DNA of 64,000 nt from a virus, in IMG/VR virus record IMGVR_UViG_3300045988_060496, positions 114,625-178,624 of that record, one strand, 5' to 3'. The first letter of the stretch is position 1; each line of letters begins with the position of its first letter. This document shows positions 31,011 through 40,383 of the stretch, piece after piece. A program made the translations under genes and the position numbers. Below the pieces are notes generated by a model. It saw only the letters and a program-made list of their open reading frames with translations. It was not told the origin of the DNA and ran no database searches.

Positions 31011-32984
31011 TTACTTCACTTCTTCAAACTCAGTTGTTTCAGCTTTCTTCTCCTCCAACTCTTTCTTGCCGAGAACACTTTTCAGTGTATCAGCGAAAGG
31101 TATAGAGCGAAGCAAGTCGAACGCAGGATTCAAGTTCTCAGCAGTTTTAGCCATGAAGTTACCAGCGGTATTCTCGTTACCATAAACAGTAACCTGTCCA
31201 AGGTGAACGTGTTCAAACATCTGAGCAGATGCTTCTGCAATACCTGTCAACTGGTCAACTGTCTTGTACTGAACCACCATTTCAGGAGTCAAGCCAGATT
31301 CAATCATCTTCTGGACTGCCAGAGCAGGAGCCATTTCAATAGCCTGGACTTTATCAGCCTCAGCCATCAAAGATGCTCTCTTACCCTCAGCTTCAGCAAG
31401 CAGTTTCTTTCTTGTACCTTCAGCTTCGGCTTCTAGCTGCAACTTTGTAGCATTCGCTTTAGCTTCTGCTTCTTTCAGAATTTCAGCAGCCTTAGCTTCT
31501 GCTTCAAGTACAGCTTTCTGCTTAACAGCTTCTGCCTCAATCGTAATACGTTCCTTTTCTTTTTGGGCAGGAACAATCGTCTCAGCATGAAGCTTAGCTT
31601 CCATAGCCAATGCAGCTGCTTCGTTTACTTCCAGTTGCTTTTCTTGCTTAGTTTTCTCGATAGTCATTTGAGCTTCTACCTTAGAAGTTCCTGCTACCTT
31701 TTCAGCTTCAGCCTTAGCTTTCTCGGCCTCTCCCTTAGCTTTAGAGACTTCAATTGTGGCATTTTGTTCTGCCACTCCTGCAATCTTATCAGCTTCAGCT
31801 GCCTTTACACGCTTGTCTGACTCATACTTAGCAACTGCAGCTTCCTGTTCGTTAATTGCCTTTTGCGTCTCAGCTTCCTGTTTTTGTTTAGCCTGAGCAA
31901 TACGAGTTTGTTTCTCTGCTTCTGCTTCTGCTTTCTTAGAGTCAGCTTCTGCTTTAGCCTTAGCTACATTAGCCTCAGCCAGTGATTCAGACTCTGCTCT
32001 GTTAGAATCGGCTTCTGCTTGAGCTTTAGCTATAGCTGAAATTTTCTCAGCTTCTGCTTTAGCTTTCTCTGATTCCGCTGCAGTATTAGCTTTAGCAATA
32101 TTGGCAGCTTGTTCAGCTTTCTGATTAGCAATACCTGATTGCTTATTCTTCTCAGCTTCTGCAAGTTTGATTTCCTTCTCCTGGTTAATCTCTGCCACAC
32201 GAACCTCTTGCTCTTGTCTAGTCTGAGCAACAGTAGTTTCACGCTCTTTCTCAGCGTCTGCTACAGCAATTTCACGTTGCTTGTTGGTTTCTGCAATCTG
32301 AATATCTCCTTTCTTTTTCTCTTCTGCAATGTCAGCCTGTGCCTGAGCAAGAGCTTTAGTTGCAGCTTTCTGACCTAGATTCTTGATATAGTTTGCATCA
32401 TCCGAAATATCGGCATTGTTAATGTTGATAATACTGAAACCTACCTTATTCAACTCGGTCTCAATATTCTCCTTAGCTTTGCCGATAAACTTGATTCTGT
32501 CAGCGTTAATTTCCTCAATCGTCATCGTAGCCATCAAGCTTCTCACTTCACCAATGAGAATATCCTTGATTTGGTCTGAGATTTCAGAAGTTTTAGCTGT
32601 TAAGAATCTACTTGCAGCGTTTTGCATTAATGTTTGAGTAGTTCCAATACCAGTGGTCAATGTTACAGGAATAGTTACCTTAATCATTTGACTGGAAACA
32701 CCAGTAACATTTACTTGAATTTGGATAGGTTTCAAGGACATTTTAGCCCAGTCTTGGATTACTGGCATTACGAATGTACCTCCACCATGAATGATTTTGG
32801 ACGGCAGAATAACTTCCTCCGACTTTCCAGTCTTCTCGTTAACTACCTTCTTCTTACCAGCCTTACCAAACACAACCAAGATTTCATCACTGGCACACTT
32901 ACGATACCGTGACAAAAGTCCAATAAAGGTTAAGACTACTAGCAATACAATAACACCTGCTACAATAAGAGTTTCTGTTGTCAT
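31011..32984 (-). CDS. flotillin-like protein (SPFH domain plus long Glu/Ala/Lys-rich coiled coil; YqiK/FloT-like)
   Basis: N-terminal TM, SDEILVVFGK...SPFH core, then ~350 aa of EA/KA repeats typical of flotillin C-termini. Confidence 0.6.
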   Translation of the reverse strand: MTTETLIVAGVIVLLVVLTFIGLLSRYRKCASDEILVVFGKAGKKKVVNEKTGKSEEVILPSKIIHGGGTFVMPVIQDWAKMSLKPIQIQVNVTGVSSQMIKVTIPVTLTTGIGTTQTLMQNAASRFLTAKTSEISDQIKDILIGEVRSLMATMTIEEINADRIKFIGKAKENIETELNKVGFSIININNADISDDANYIKNLGQKAATKALAQAQADIAEEKKKGDIQIAETNKQREIAVADAEKERETTVAQTRQEQEVRVAEINQEKEIKLAEAEKNKQSGIANQKAEQAANIAKANTAAESEKAKAEAEKISAIAKAQAEADSNRAESESLAEANVAKAKAEADSKKAEAEAEKQTRIAQAKQKQEAETQKAINEQEAAVAKYESDKRVKAAEADKIAGVAEQNATIEVSKAKGEAEKAKAEAEKVAGTSKVEAQMTIEKTKQEKQLEVNEAAALAMEAKLHAETIVPAQKEKERITIEAEAVKQKAVLEAEAKAAEILKEAEAKANATKLQLEAEAEGTRKKLLAEAEGKRASLMAEADKVQAIEMAPALAVQKMIESGLTPEMVVQYKTVDQLTGIAEASAQMFEHVHLGQVTVYGNENTAGNFMAKTAENLNPAFDLLRSIPFADTLKSVLGKKELEEKKAETTEFEEVK

Positions 32985-33002
32985 CTTTTAAAAATTCTTT
33001 TT

Positions 33003-33521
33003 TTAGTTAAAATAATACTTTCCATTCTCAAATTTAGAAATTACCACACGAGTACCAACCATATATCCCATTTTTGGGACTTCTGGATAGGCTACAATTT
33101 CCTCAGAACCTCCATTTACTTCAATAGTAATGAAGAAATGGTTTTCACAAGGAACTGTGATAATTCCAACCCTTCCAATCAAGGCTTCACCCTCTTCTGG
33201 AATGACTTGATGCTGGAGTTTTAAACAGAGTTTATATAAGTAGTAAAGTATAACCACGAAAAGAATACCGCATACTAATGCGATTAGATAATCATACCAT
33301 TCTACAGAATGGGATACGGATTGCTTAACACAAAGCCATCCACTAGCTCCCATTATAAAATGGATTAATCCCTTAAATGAGACAATATCACTCACGTTCA
33401 TATCTAGTTCTCCATCTAAATCAACATCTAAGTCAGTGTCTCCACCAAACCAAGATAAAATGAATTGAACTAGAAAAATGCCATACGAAATGGCTGCTAA
33501 GAGATAATAAGTTTCGCTCAT
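33003..33521 (-). CDS. NfeD-like membrane protein (flotillin partner)
   Basis: N-terminal TM helices plus C-terminal beta-rich segment IGRVGIITVPC...GTRVVISKFENG; sits immediately downstream of the flotillin-like gene, as in yqiJ-yqiK operons. Confidence 0.45.
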   Translation of the reverse strand: MSETYYLLAAISYGIFLVQFILSWFGGDTDLDVDLDGELDMNVSDIVSFKGLIHFIMGASGWLCVKQSVSHSVEWYDYLIALVCGILFVVILYYLYKLCLKLQHQVIPEEGEALIGRVGIITVPCENHFFITIEVNGGSEEIVAYPEVPKMGYMVGTRVVISKFENGKYYFN

Positions 33522-33759
33522 TGTAATTTACATAACCCTCCTTGAGCCGTATTATGAAGTACGTAATACACTCTCCCAGGAACGGAGACTCTATAGACAT
33601 TCATGTGACTATTAGGGTCGGTATATACCTTTATAACCGAAAAATGATTTCGGTCTTCCCTAGAAGTAAACGAACAACAGACTGCCGTAACTATTGCTAC
33701 AACAGCCATCATACAAATTAATCTAATTCTCTTCATAAGTTTTTAGTTATTGATATTTG

Positions 33760-33832
33760 CATAGGATAAAAGGGTCGAACTCTTACTTTCAGTTTTGGAG
33801 ACTGACGTGCTAACCATTAACACTAATCCTAT
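33760..33832 (-). tRNA. tRNA-Trp(CCA)
   Basis: Acceptor ATAGGAT/ATCCTAT; anticodon TCAGT-CTCCAAA-ACTGA; T-loop TTCGACC. Confidence 0.65.
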
Positions 33833-33838
33833 AGATTG

Positions 33839-33930
33839 AGGAGGCAGTGGGACTCCAACCCACACATCGCTGTTACACGATTACTGGCAGTTTTCAAGAC
33901 TGCTGCCTTAGCAATTAGGCTTATACCTCC
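33839..33930 (-). tRNA. tRNA-Ser(UGA), type II
   Basis: Acceptor GGAGGTA/TGCCTCC; anticodon GCAGT-CTTGAAA-ACTGC; long variable arm with ATCG/CGAT stem. Confidence 0.65.
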
Positions 33931-33931
33931 A

Positions 33932-34324
33932 TTATAATGAAACCTTATATTTATCCCAATCACTGGTTAATGTCAAGGCTCCTTTAACATTTATTTCACT
34001 TGAGGGAATCTCATACATGTCCCCAGTTATAACTACTACAAATACTACATCACAAGTAGAATTATCAAAATGTCTAATCTTAGAATCTCCAGATGAACCT
34101 CCGCAATTCTTCAACAAGACTTCATAATTTCCACTCTTTACCTAATGTTGAGTAGTTTTAACTGATACTCTCTTCAAACCCTCTTTATCTACTACAATGT
34201 CATATTTCTATGTATCATTCAAGGGAATTAGGACCGGAATGCAATGAGCAGTATAGTATGCTATAGCTCTTCCTAGTCCTAAATTTCCTTGATGAGATTT
34301 ATACTAACTTTCCCAAGCGTTCAT
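33932..34324 (-). CDS. TAG-recoded small protein, restriction-endonuclease-like (PD-(D/E)XK-like) fold candidate
   Basis: Frame tracing upstream of ORF 33932..34117 stays open through three in-frame TAGs to ATG 34322-24 (TGA at 34349-51 upstream): MNAWESQYKS...YDIVVDKEGLKRVSVKTTQHQ...; paralogous to gene 37726..38187. Confidence 0.45.
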
Positions 34325-34485
34325 TTTTACAAAATTTGTATTAGATTTTCATCTTTACGATTACATTAAACCTGACTCTGCCACCCTTCCAAAAGCTAGT
34401 CTTATGACTAGCTAAGAATCATACCAAGAAGCAATAATACACAGAATATAGCTAGAATACACCAGCCTATAGCCTGGATTGCTCC

Positions 34486-34965
34486 TCAGCCAAATATACA
34501 AATCATTGAAGATATAAAGAATACAGCTCCTCCTACCACACTTGTCCAACCTCCAGCATCTTCATCGTTTTTGGATAGTTTTCCTCTACCAGTTAGTAGC
34601 ATAAATACTGATATTCCTAATAGTATGGTGCCTACTACAATTCCAGCTATCTCCTTATAGAGAAGTTTCCATACTACGATAGTTATTGCTGTTTGTCCCA
34701 AATTAGAGTCTGCTATTCTGATGGCGGAATCTTCAACTGCTTTAAGAGTTTCATTAACAGCCACGCCTATTTCCTTACCAAGGTTAGCATACTCAGAAAC
34801 TTCCTTGATTTCACCCTTTATAGCTTTCTCTGTTGTTATCTTCTCAATTTGAGTTCTAGTATCACTAGGCAACTTATCATAGTCTTCTTGTGATATAGTT
34901 ATCTGAGAAAAAGCTGCTACGCTCATCCAGAGCATAGCAAGCATAATTACAAGGAACTTTTTCAT
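34486..34965 (-). CDS. membrane protein with signal peptide
   Basis: MKKFLVIMLAMLWMSVAAFSQ plus C-terminal TM segments. Confidence 0.45.
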   Translation of the reverse strand: MKKFLVIMLAMLWMSVAAFSQITISQEDYDKLPSDTRTQIEKITTEKAIKGEIKEVSEYANLGKEIGVAVNETLKAVEDSAIRIADSNLGQTAITIVVWKLLYKEIAGIVVGTILLGISVFMLLTGRGKLSKNDEDAGGWTSVVGGAVFFISSMICIFG

Positions 34966-35525
34966 TAGTCAAGCCATTCAAATTCTTCACCCTTGAAATG
35001 TCTTGCAAAACAAGCATCGAACACTAGCTTTCCAAACTGGGTTGATACGTATTTGGCAATCTCTTCAGATTTGCACGCAAGCATCCCGACACTGGAATCG
35101 GCAAAGCCGACGCCAAAGTTAGAACTGAAACAGCCGAGACCCGCACAGCCGCCACTATTCGCGCGGCTGCCCACCAACGCGAATTTCTCGCCCTGATAAC
35201 GGAAGTGACCAATGACTTCTGCATCCTTCGGAACTGATTTCATTCTAAAGAAGCGAACCCAGGGATACCATATAGTACCAGTTAACAGATTGAACTTGTG
35301 ACCTTCATTTAGCGCATCCAAGACTGTCTGCAACTTAGCTAGAGAATTTACAGATCTATTGTAGTAAATAGTATCTCTAGTAACACACCCTAGATAGTTT
35401 ACAGCATCCTCATAGGTTCTTATCCGTCCCATAATGTTTTCTGGAACGATTTCAACATTGCCAGTTTCGGCATTATAGATGGGTTTATAACCATCTGGAC
35501 ATTCAATTTCAATTGTCTTTTTCAT
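34965..35525 (-). CDS. DGR target protein 2 (small protein with C-terminal variable repeat, probable C-type-lectin-like fold)
   Basis: C-terminal ...LVGSRANSGGCAGLGCFSSNFGVGFADSSVG is encoded by VR2 and is homologous to the C-terminus of the tail-fibre target at 60105..61922. Confidence 0.6.
   Translation of the reverse strand: MKKTIEIECPDGYKPIYNAETGNVEIVPENIMGRIRTYEDAVNYLGCVTRDTIYYNRSVNSLAKLQTVLDALNEGHKFNLLTGTIWYPWVRFFRMKSVPKDAEVIGHFRYQGEKFALVGSRANSGGCAGLGCFSSNFGVGFADSSVGMLACKSEEIAKYVSTQFGKLVFDACFARHFKGEEFEWLD
35085..35177 (-). repeat. DGR variable repeat VR2
   Basis: ~93 nt matching TR (62001-62098) in minus orientation with essentially all mismatches at TR adenines; locally GC-rich/A-depleted patch in an AT-rich genome. 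Confidence 0.65.
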
Positions 35526-35555
35526 TCGTTATAATATTTAATAAAACATGATTAG

Positions 35556-35629
35556 GGTGTTATAGCGGACTCGAACCGCTGACCTCTACAGCCACAATGT
35601 AGCGTTCTGCCAACTGAACTAATAACACC
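35556..35629 (-). tRNA. tRNA-His(GUG) with encoded G-1
   Basis: Extra 5' G pairing with C73 (His hallmark); anticodon CTACA-TTGTGGC-TGTAG; T-arm AGCGGTTCGAGTCCGCT. Confidence 0.8.
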
Positions 35630-35635
35630 ATCAAA

Positions 35636-36100
35636 TTATTCGAATAGCGGCAGCAACTTCTTTCCTAGTATCTTCACCGCTTTCTGTACATCAGCTACAG
35701 TTCTAAAATAAACAACACCTGGATATTTTACGTTTTGATGCATAACGACGTACACTCCTTTTATATCAGTTTCCGTCTTTCCAGATAGAGAAGAACCCCT
35801 TCCAAGAAAATAGCCAGTATTACCTTCTGTTTTGATCCATCCTTTATTTAGATAGTTAGCAACTATTTGTAAACTAGCTAGAGAACTGAGTTGTTCTGTC
35901 ATGCTTGGAGGACATACTAATGTATTCCAAAAACCATAATCTTCTTCAGACTCTACTATCTCTTTAAAGGAAGGAATTAGCATTTCCTCACTAAATGCAG
36001 TAAGAGCTAATTTCTTCAAGTCTTCATTACCGCTTTCATACCATTCGCGTGCCTGCTCTAAAGTTACCTCAAGATAGGCTTTTGTCTTAATTCTATTCAT
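35636..36100 (-). CDS. hypothetical protein
   Basis: 154-aa ORF. Confidence 0.45.
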   Translation of the reverse strand: MNRIKTKAYLEVTLEQAREWYESGNEDLKKLALTAFSEEMLIPSFKEIVESEEDYGFWNTLVCPPSMTEQLSSLASLQIVANYLNKGWIKTEGNTGYFLGRGSSLSGKTETDIKGVYVVMHQNVKYPGVVYFRTVADVQKAVKILGKKLLPLFE

Positions 36101-36588
36101 TTTTGTTTATTAGTTTTTAATGGACACCAATCCGGAATTAATACCCTTTCGTAAGGTCTTAACATTCCTTCAATTAGTTTATTCTCAGACTCCTTACAGA
36201 GCGCTTTCTCGTCGTCATCATTGAACCAGTCATTAGGATCTGGGTCAGGAACAATTAAGCAGTGCGGACATTCTCTACACTGCTTAATTTCTTTTTGAAA
36301 TACTACACTAGTACCAGATTTCTGGTAAGTATCCTTCTCCGTACTCATAATTTGTCATTTTGTAATTTCTTTAAATTCGTTTATAACTGTTTTTATAAAT
36401 GGTTTAATATCAAATAATAGTATTACAATAACAAATATAGTATTTATTACTGGTAATGCCATTATTGCGAGTCTTCTAACTGTAACAAATCGTTCATTTA
36501 CTGCCATATAAAGGCCAACTATGTACGTGCTTATTACGTATATAAATGCTGAATATACAAATATCATCATAATATATTGAAATTAGTG

Positions 36589-36672
36589 TGGGATTGGGAG
36601 GACTCGAACCTCCAGTCTCAAAAGAGAGCAGATTTACAGTCTGCGCGGCTACCAATTACCGGTTACAATCCC
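36589..36672 (-). tRNA. tRNA-Tyr(GUA), type II
   Basis: Anticodon arm GCAGA-CTGTAAA-TCTGC identical to E. coli tRNA-Tyr; long variable arm; acceptor GGGATTG/CAATCCC. Confidence 0.8.
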
Positions 36673-36885
36673 GAATCGACCTAGTAGAGAACCCTGGTTT
36701 CCTCATTTAAATATGACTAACCTATATGCAGTGGGTATACATATTTCTAAAATCCATATCCTAGGTCTCGCTAATAGGGTTTTATTCATAGATAGATTGA
36801 TAATAATCTATCCAATAGTCTGCCTGCATATCTTCGAAGATTTCTTTGAGTTCTTCATCAGATAGCCCTTCATATTTGTCTTCCA

Positions 36886-37257
36886 TTATATCTTTCTCCT
36901 ATTAAATAGTCTAAAATATTCGTCAGAATATACGCTGCATAAGTCCTTACACTTTTTTGGCATAGGATAATCAAAGTCATCAAATGCAGACTCTTTAATA
37001 AATCCATCATGTAGAGCCATATTTGCTGTGGTAACAGCAATATTACAATTACGCTCCTTTCCCCAGTCAACAATGTTACTCATAACACTATTAAAGTATT
37101 CTGTATCATTATCTACTTGGAGATAGATTTCCACTCTGCAAATTGCAGGATTTTTGAATCCTTGTCTACCTTGTCTAAGAGTTATCTTAGATACGAAATT
37201 CAAGTCTAGCAAATCTGCTATTCTATCCTTAGCTACAATTCTAGAAATTCTTATCAT
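36886..37257 (-). CDS. hypothetical protein
   Basis: 123-aa ORF. Confidence 0.4.
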   Translation of the reverse strand: MIRISRIVAKDRIADLLDLNFVSKITLRQGRQGFKNPAICRVEIYLQVDNDTEYFNSVMSNIVDWGKERNCNIAVTTANMALHDGFIKESAFDDFDYPMPKKCKDLCSVYSDEYFRLFNRRKI

Positions 37258-37284
37258 CTTTTGGTAAGTTATTTTACATAATTG

Positions 37285-37368
37285 TGGGATAGGTAGGATT
37301 CGAACCTACTAAGCCTAAAGGCAACGGATTTACAGTCCGTCCCAACTCTCCATCGTTGGCGCTATCCC
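37285..37368 (-). tRNA. tRNA-Tyr(GUA), second divergent copy, type II
   Basis: Acceptor GGGATAG/CTATCCC; anticodon ACGGA-CTGTAAA-TCCGT; variable arm GCCT/AGGC; T-arm GTAGGTTCGAATCCTAC. Confidence 0.65.
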
Positions 37369-37580
37369 ATAAAGCAATTAACAGATTTGTTCTAATTAAC
37401 ATAGCTACTACAATTCTTCCTCTTGGCACCCCAAGTCCTCTAGTAGCTAATAGCCGCACTAGTGCGTGGTAACAATTTTAAGGGAACTCACCTCTGTTAA
37501 TTGGAGTAATCAGGGATTCATCTAAAAGGCACCCTACAGTCCTAATTGCTGTACTAATAGTGAATGTTGATTACTTCTTG

Positions 37581-37653
37581 TCTGGATAGCAGGACTCGAA
37601 CCTGCGGTCTCTACATCCCAAATGTAGCATCTTACCAACTCGACTATACCCAG
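37581..37653 (-). tRNA. tRNA-Pro(UGG)
   Basis: Anticodon CTACA-TTTGGGA-TGTAG; T-arm CGCAGGTTCGAGTCCTGCT. Confidence 0.7.
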
Positions 37654-37725
37654 ATGCAAACACGTGTTTCACAACAAATGTTTACTAGCGGAATAAAAGA
37701 AAAAGACTTCCCTATTAATAGGGAA

Positions 37726-38187
37726 TTATTTCTCTATCTTAGAGAAAGTATAATTTAATCTTTCTATAGATATGATGCAATCTTTTGCAAAGTTTATACC
37801 TTTTGTCTAATTATTAGCTGGAGGTTCCTCCCTAATAGTAATAGAATTTCTATTAGCAACATCACATTCTGGAAATATATAGATGTTATGAAGGTCGCAA
37901 CATATCATAATATCTATTTCATCCTCGTTGTATTTGTGAACGGTCCCTTTGTTATAATTATTACTTGTTAAACTAAAGTTCAACGAGTTATTTACAGTTT
38001 TACTCGCAGTAGTTTTCACCTAAGTTCTGTAAAACTTGTTATTATAATATATAACAAAATCAAATGGTAGATTGTCAGACATTGGTAATAAAATATCTAA
38101 TCCATATTTTGATAATTCACCAATGGCTATACGCTCTCCTATTTCTCCGAGCTACTTTTTGTTTCTTAATTCGTCTACATTTATCAT
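37726..38187 (-). CDS. TAG-recoded small nuclease-like protein (restriction-endonuclease/Hjc-like PD-(D/E)XK fold candidate)
   Basis: Manual translation from ATG 38185-87: MINVDELRNKK-Q-LGEIGERIAIGELSKYGLDILLPMSDNLPFDFVIYYNNKFYRTQVKTT... fuses with ORF 37807..38019 through an in-frame TAG; the ORF's own stop is TAG, and read-through reaches TAA at 37726-28. Confidence 0.45.
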
Positions 38188-38208
38188 AGCTTAATTATTT
38201 AAAGTTGG

Positions 38209-38279
38209 TTCTCCCTAAGAGAGTCGAACTCTTGTCTTTCGATTAAAAGTCGAAAGCTCTACCGTTGAGCTAAGGGAGA
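38209..38279 (-). tRNA. tRNA-Lys(UUU)
   Basis: D-arm GCTC-AACGGTA-GAGC; anticodon TTCGA-CTTTTAA-TCGAA; T-arm AAGAGTTCGACTCTCTT. Confidence 0.75.
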
Positions 38280-38286
38280 ATAATAG

Positions 38287-38358
38287 TCTTTCCTTCCAGA
38301 TTCGAACTGGAATTATCTGTTTAGAAGACAGAGGTTCTATCCATTGAACTAAGGAAAG
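38287..38358 (-). tRNA. tRNA-Arg(UCU)
   Basis: Anticodon TCTGT-CTTCTAA-ACAGA (anticodon TCT at positions 34-36); T-arm TCCAGTTCGAATCTGGA. Confidence 0.65.
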
Positions 38359-38420
38359 GATAACTAAGAGTTTGCCTACTATTATATAGTATAATCTAGA
38401 TTTCTCTTAGTTAAGAATTG

Positions 38421-39380
38421 TTAAATCTTCTCTTCAGAGATTAGTGCGTTCCCACAAGTAATTCGGTCAGAATCTTCCTCCTTAGATGGAACAAACACTA
38501 TAACATCCCAACCTTCTTTCAATAAAGGTTGTTCAAAGCGACGATAAACGTCATAATCAGAGTATCCAGTTACCTGGAAACCATTCTCTATAGCAGAAGC
38601 TGTTTCATGTATAGGAGTGATTTTAACAATAAATTTCTCCCTATCAAATAGCTTTGACAATTCCTTCGCATCGAGAATAGTTTGTGAGGTTACTGGAAAG
38701 TTTAGAGTATACTTTCTGCCTACCGGCATTGGTAACTCGTCAGCCAACCGAGAAATTTGTGCTAGTGACAAACTCTTAGAGTCAAACAGCTCATTTCTCT
38801 GTTCATCGTCTGTAGAATTGATTGAAAACTGCAAGCCTGCTTCTCCATTGTAGAACTCATTTTTTATGCTACACCAAACCTGTAAGAAGTTTCCAAGCTT
38901 ATTATTTGCTTTCGGAAGCATCGTGGAAACTACTGGATGAACAGTTTTAGCTATTAACCCTGCAGACTTAACCATACCTCTGAGAGCAAGTCCAAATGCT
39001 AATACATTATCATTCCATGTTGGTTCTCCCATTCTAGCAAAGTGTACATTAAACCTGTCTGTTTCTCTGACACTTTCGCCTTCTATAATAGTTCGGATTT
39101 GTCTATCCATATCTTCTATAGAAGCATTTCCATAGAATCCAAACTTGGGAACATCACAGAATTTACAATGCATAGGACAACCTTTCTGGGTAGAAATGGT
39201 TGCAACCCACTTCTTACTAAGGTCAACTTCAGTATTAGCTACTCCATTAATCTCCTTAGTTAATCCTAGGAAATTAGCTTTGATATTGTTCTCCTTTCCA
39301 TAGTCTCCTACAGTTAAGAACTCTAGTCTATGTTCTGTATCAACATAGATTTTTCCTGTATGGGTTAATACTGTTTTCAT
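38421..39380 (-). CDS. radical SAM domain protein
   Basis: CPMHCKFCDV = CxxxCxxC 4Fe-4S/SAM motif near N-terminus of the 319-aa ORF. Confidence 0.55.
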   Translation of the reverse strand: MKTVLTHTGKIYVDTEHRLEFLTVGDYGKENNIKANFLGLTKEINGVANTEVDLSKKWVATISTQKGCPMHCKFCDVPKFGFYGNASIEDMDRQIRTIIEGESVRETDRFNVHFARMGEPTWNDNVLAFGLALRGMVKSAGLIAKTVHPVVSTMLPKANNKLGNFLQVWCSIKNEFYNGEAGLQFSINSTDDEQRNELFDSKSLSLAQISRLADELPMPVGRKYTLNFPVTSQTILDAKELSKLFDREKFIVKITPIHETASAIENGFQVTGYSDYDVYRRFEQPLLKEGWDVIVFVPSKEEDSDRITCGNALISEEKI

Positions 39381-40383
39381 TCGTCTTCAATCATTTTCCA
39401 CATGATGATTAATATTATAAATACAACGATGTATGTCATACAATCCTCCAATCTGGTCTATTTCTAGTTATACGAAATTTGTTAGCCTCAGACCAGCTTG
39501 AGAAGGCCCTAACGACCTTCCCATAACTGTCTAACAGATAATATTTCATAGCGAACTAGTTCTCCATTTATTTGTACTGTAATCAATACTATCTCTCCTA
39601 CGATAATCATAGTTTCTACCACAATTATCTCACCGTTTATTTCGGTAATTCTTCTCATCATTGCCATAAGTCAAATACTTTTTTGGTTAGCGGATAGTTT
39701 CCTCTCCATTTTGTTGCATACTTAAAAATCGTAGACTGTCCTGTCTTACGCCAGATAGATCGAAATAGCGGGAATAAAATCGCCATAACGACAAGTCCAA
39801 ATACTAGAACAATGAAAGTTAAACCTTTCAGTATATGTTCTAATAACCAAACGGGTAAAGTAATGCCCCATCTAACAATTGCTAATAAATCTTCCATATT
39901 AGTTCTCAACTATCAGAGTGTTATGGATTCTCAATTCCTCTTCCGAAATCGGAATTAATTCTCCAAATACTCTTATGTATTTTTGTTCTTTGATTACTAA
40001 TGATGTGGTAATTTCAGTGATTACCTCGATGTTAGCATTGTGCCATCTCTTTAAATACTGAGAATGTATTCTTCTAGACAATTCGTAGTTGTCTGAAGAT
40101 GCTATTCTCGCAGCTTTGAATCTTTTTCTCATGGTTTTCTTTTTAATTCGTTAAATCTTTTTCTTGCTAATTTTCCATTCACAAATGTTTCTGTAACTGT
40201 TCTGATGCCTTCTATGTGAATGGTATACTCGAAGGCGTGGGTTCCAGTGAGAGTTATCACTCTTCCCCATGAATCTGTAAATCTTGCGCGAACAGTTGAA
40301 TCGCAGTGTAATCTGTTGAATTTTCTCATTTTCTTTTTCTTTTAATCCTGACTACCTATTTCTAGGTAGTTTCGTCTTAATTT

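Noticed and set aside
31563-32984. Plus-strand ORFs antisense to the flotillin-like gene (31563.., 32139.., 32416.., 32634.., 32791..)
   Set aside because: Low-complexity Leu/Ser/Phe-rich translations that mirror the Glu/Ala/Lys repeat on the opposite strand; antisense shadows of the real gene.
35024-35224. GC-rich patches at 35020-35230 and 61780-61900 as horizontally acquired islands
   Set aside because: They are the two DGR variable repeats. Their A-depletion and high GC content follow from adenine mutagenesis of a shared template, and they align to the A-rich TR at 62001-62098.
36589-38358. tRNA-Tyr(GUA) copies and tRNA-Arg (loop CTTCTAA) as the amber suppressor
   Set aside because: Both Tyr anticodon loops read CTGTAAA (GUA). 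The CTA in the Arg loop is out of register, because positions 34-36 are UCU. The genuine CUA anticodons are at 41734-41803 and 44175-44246.
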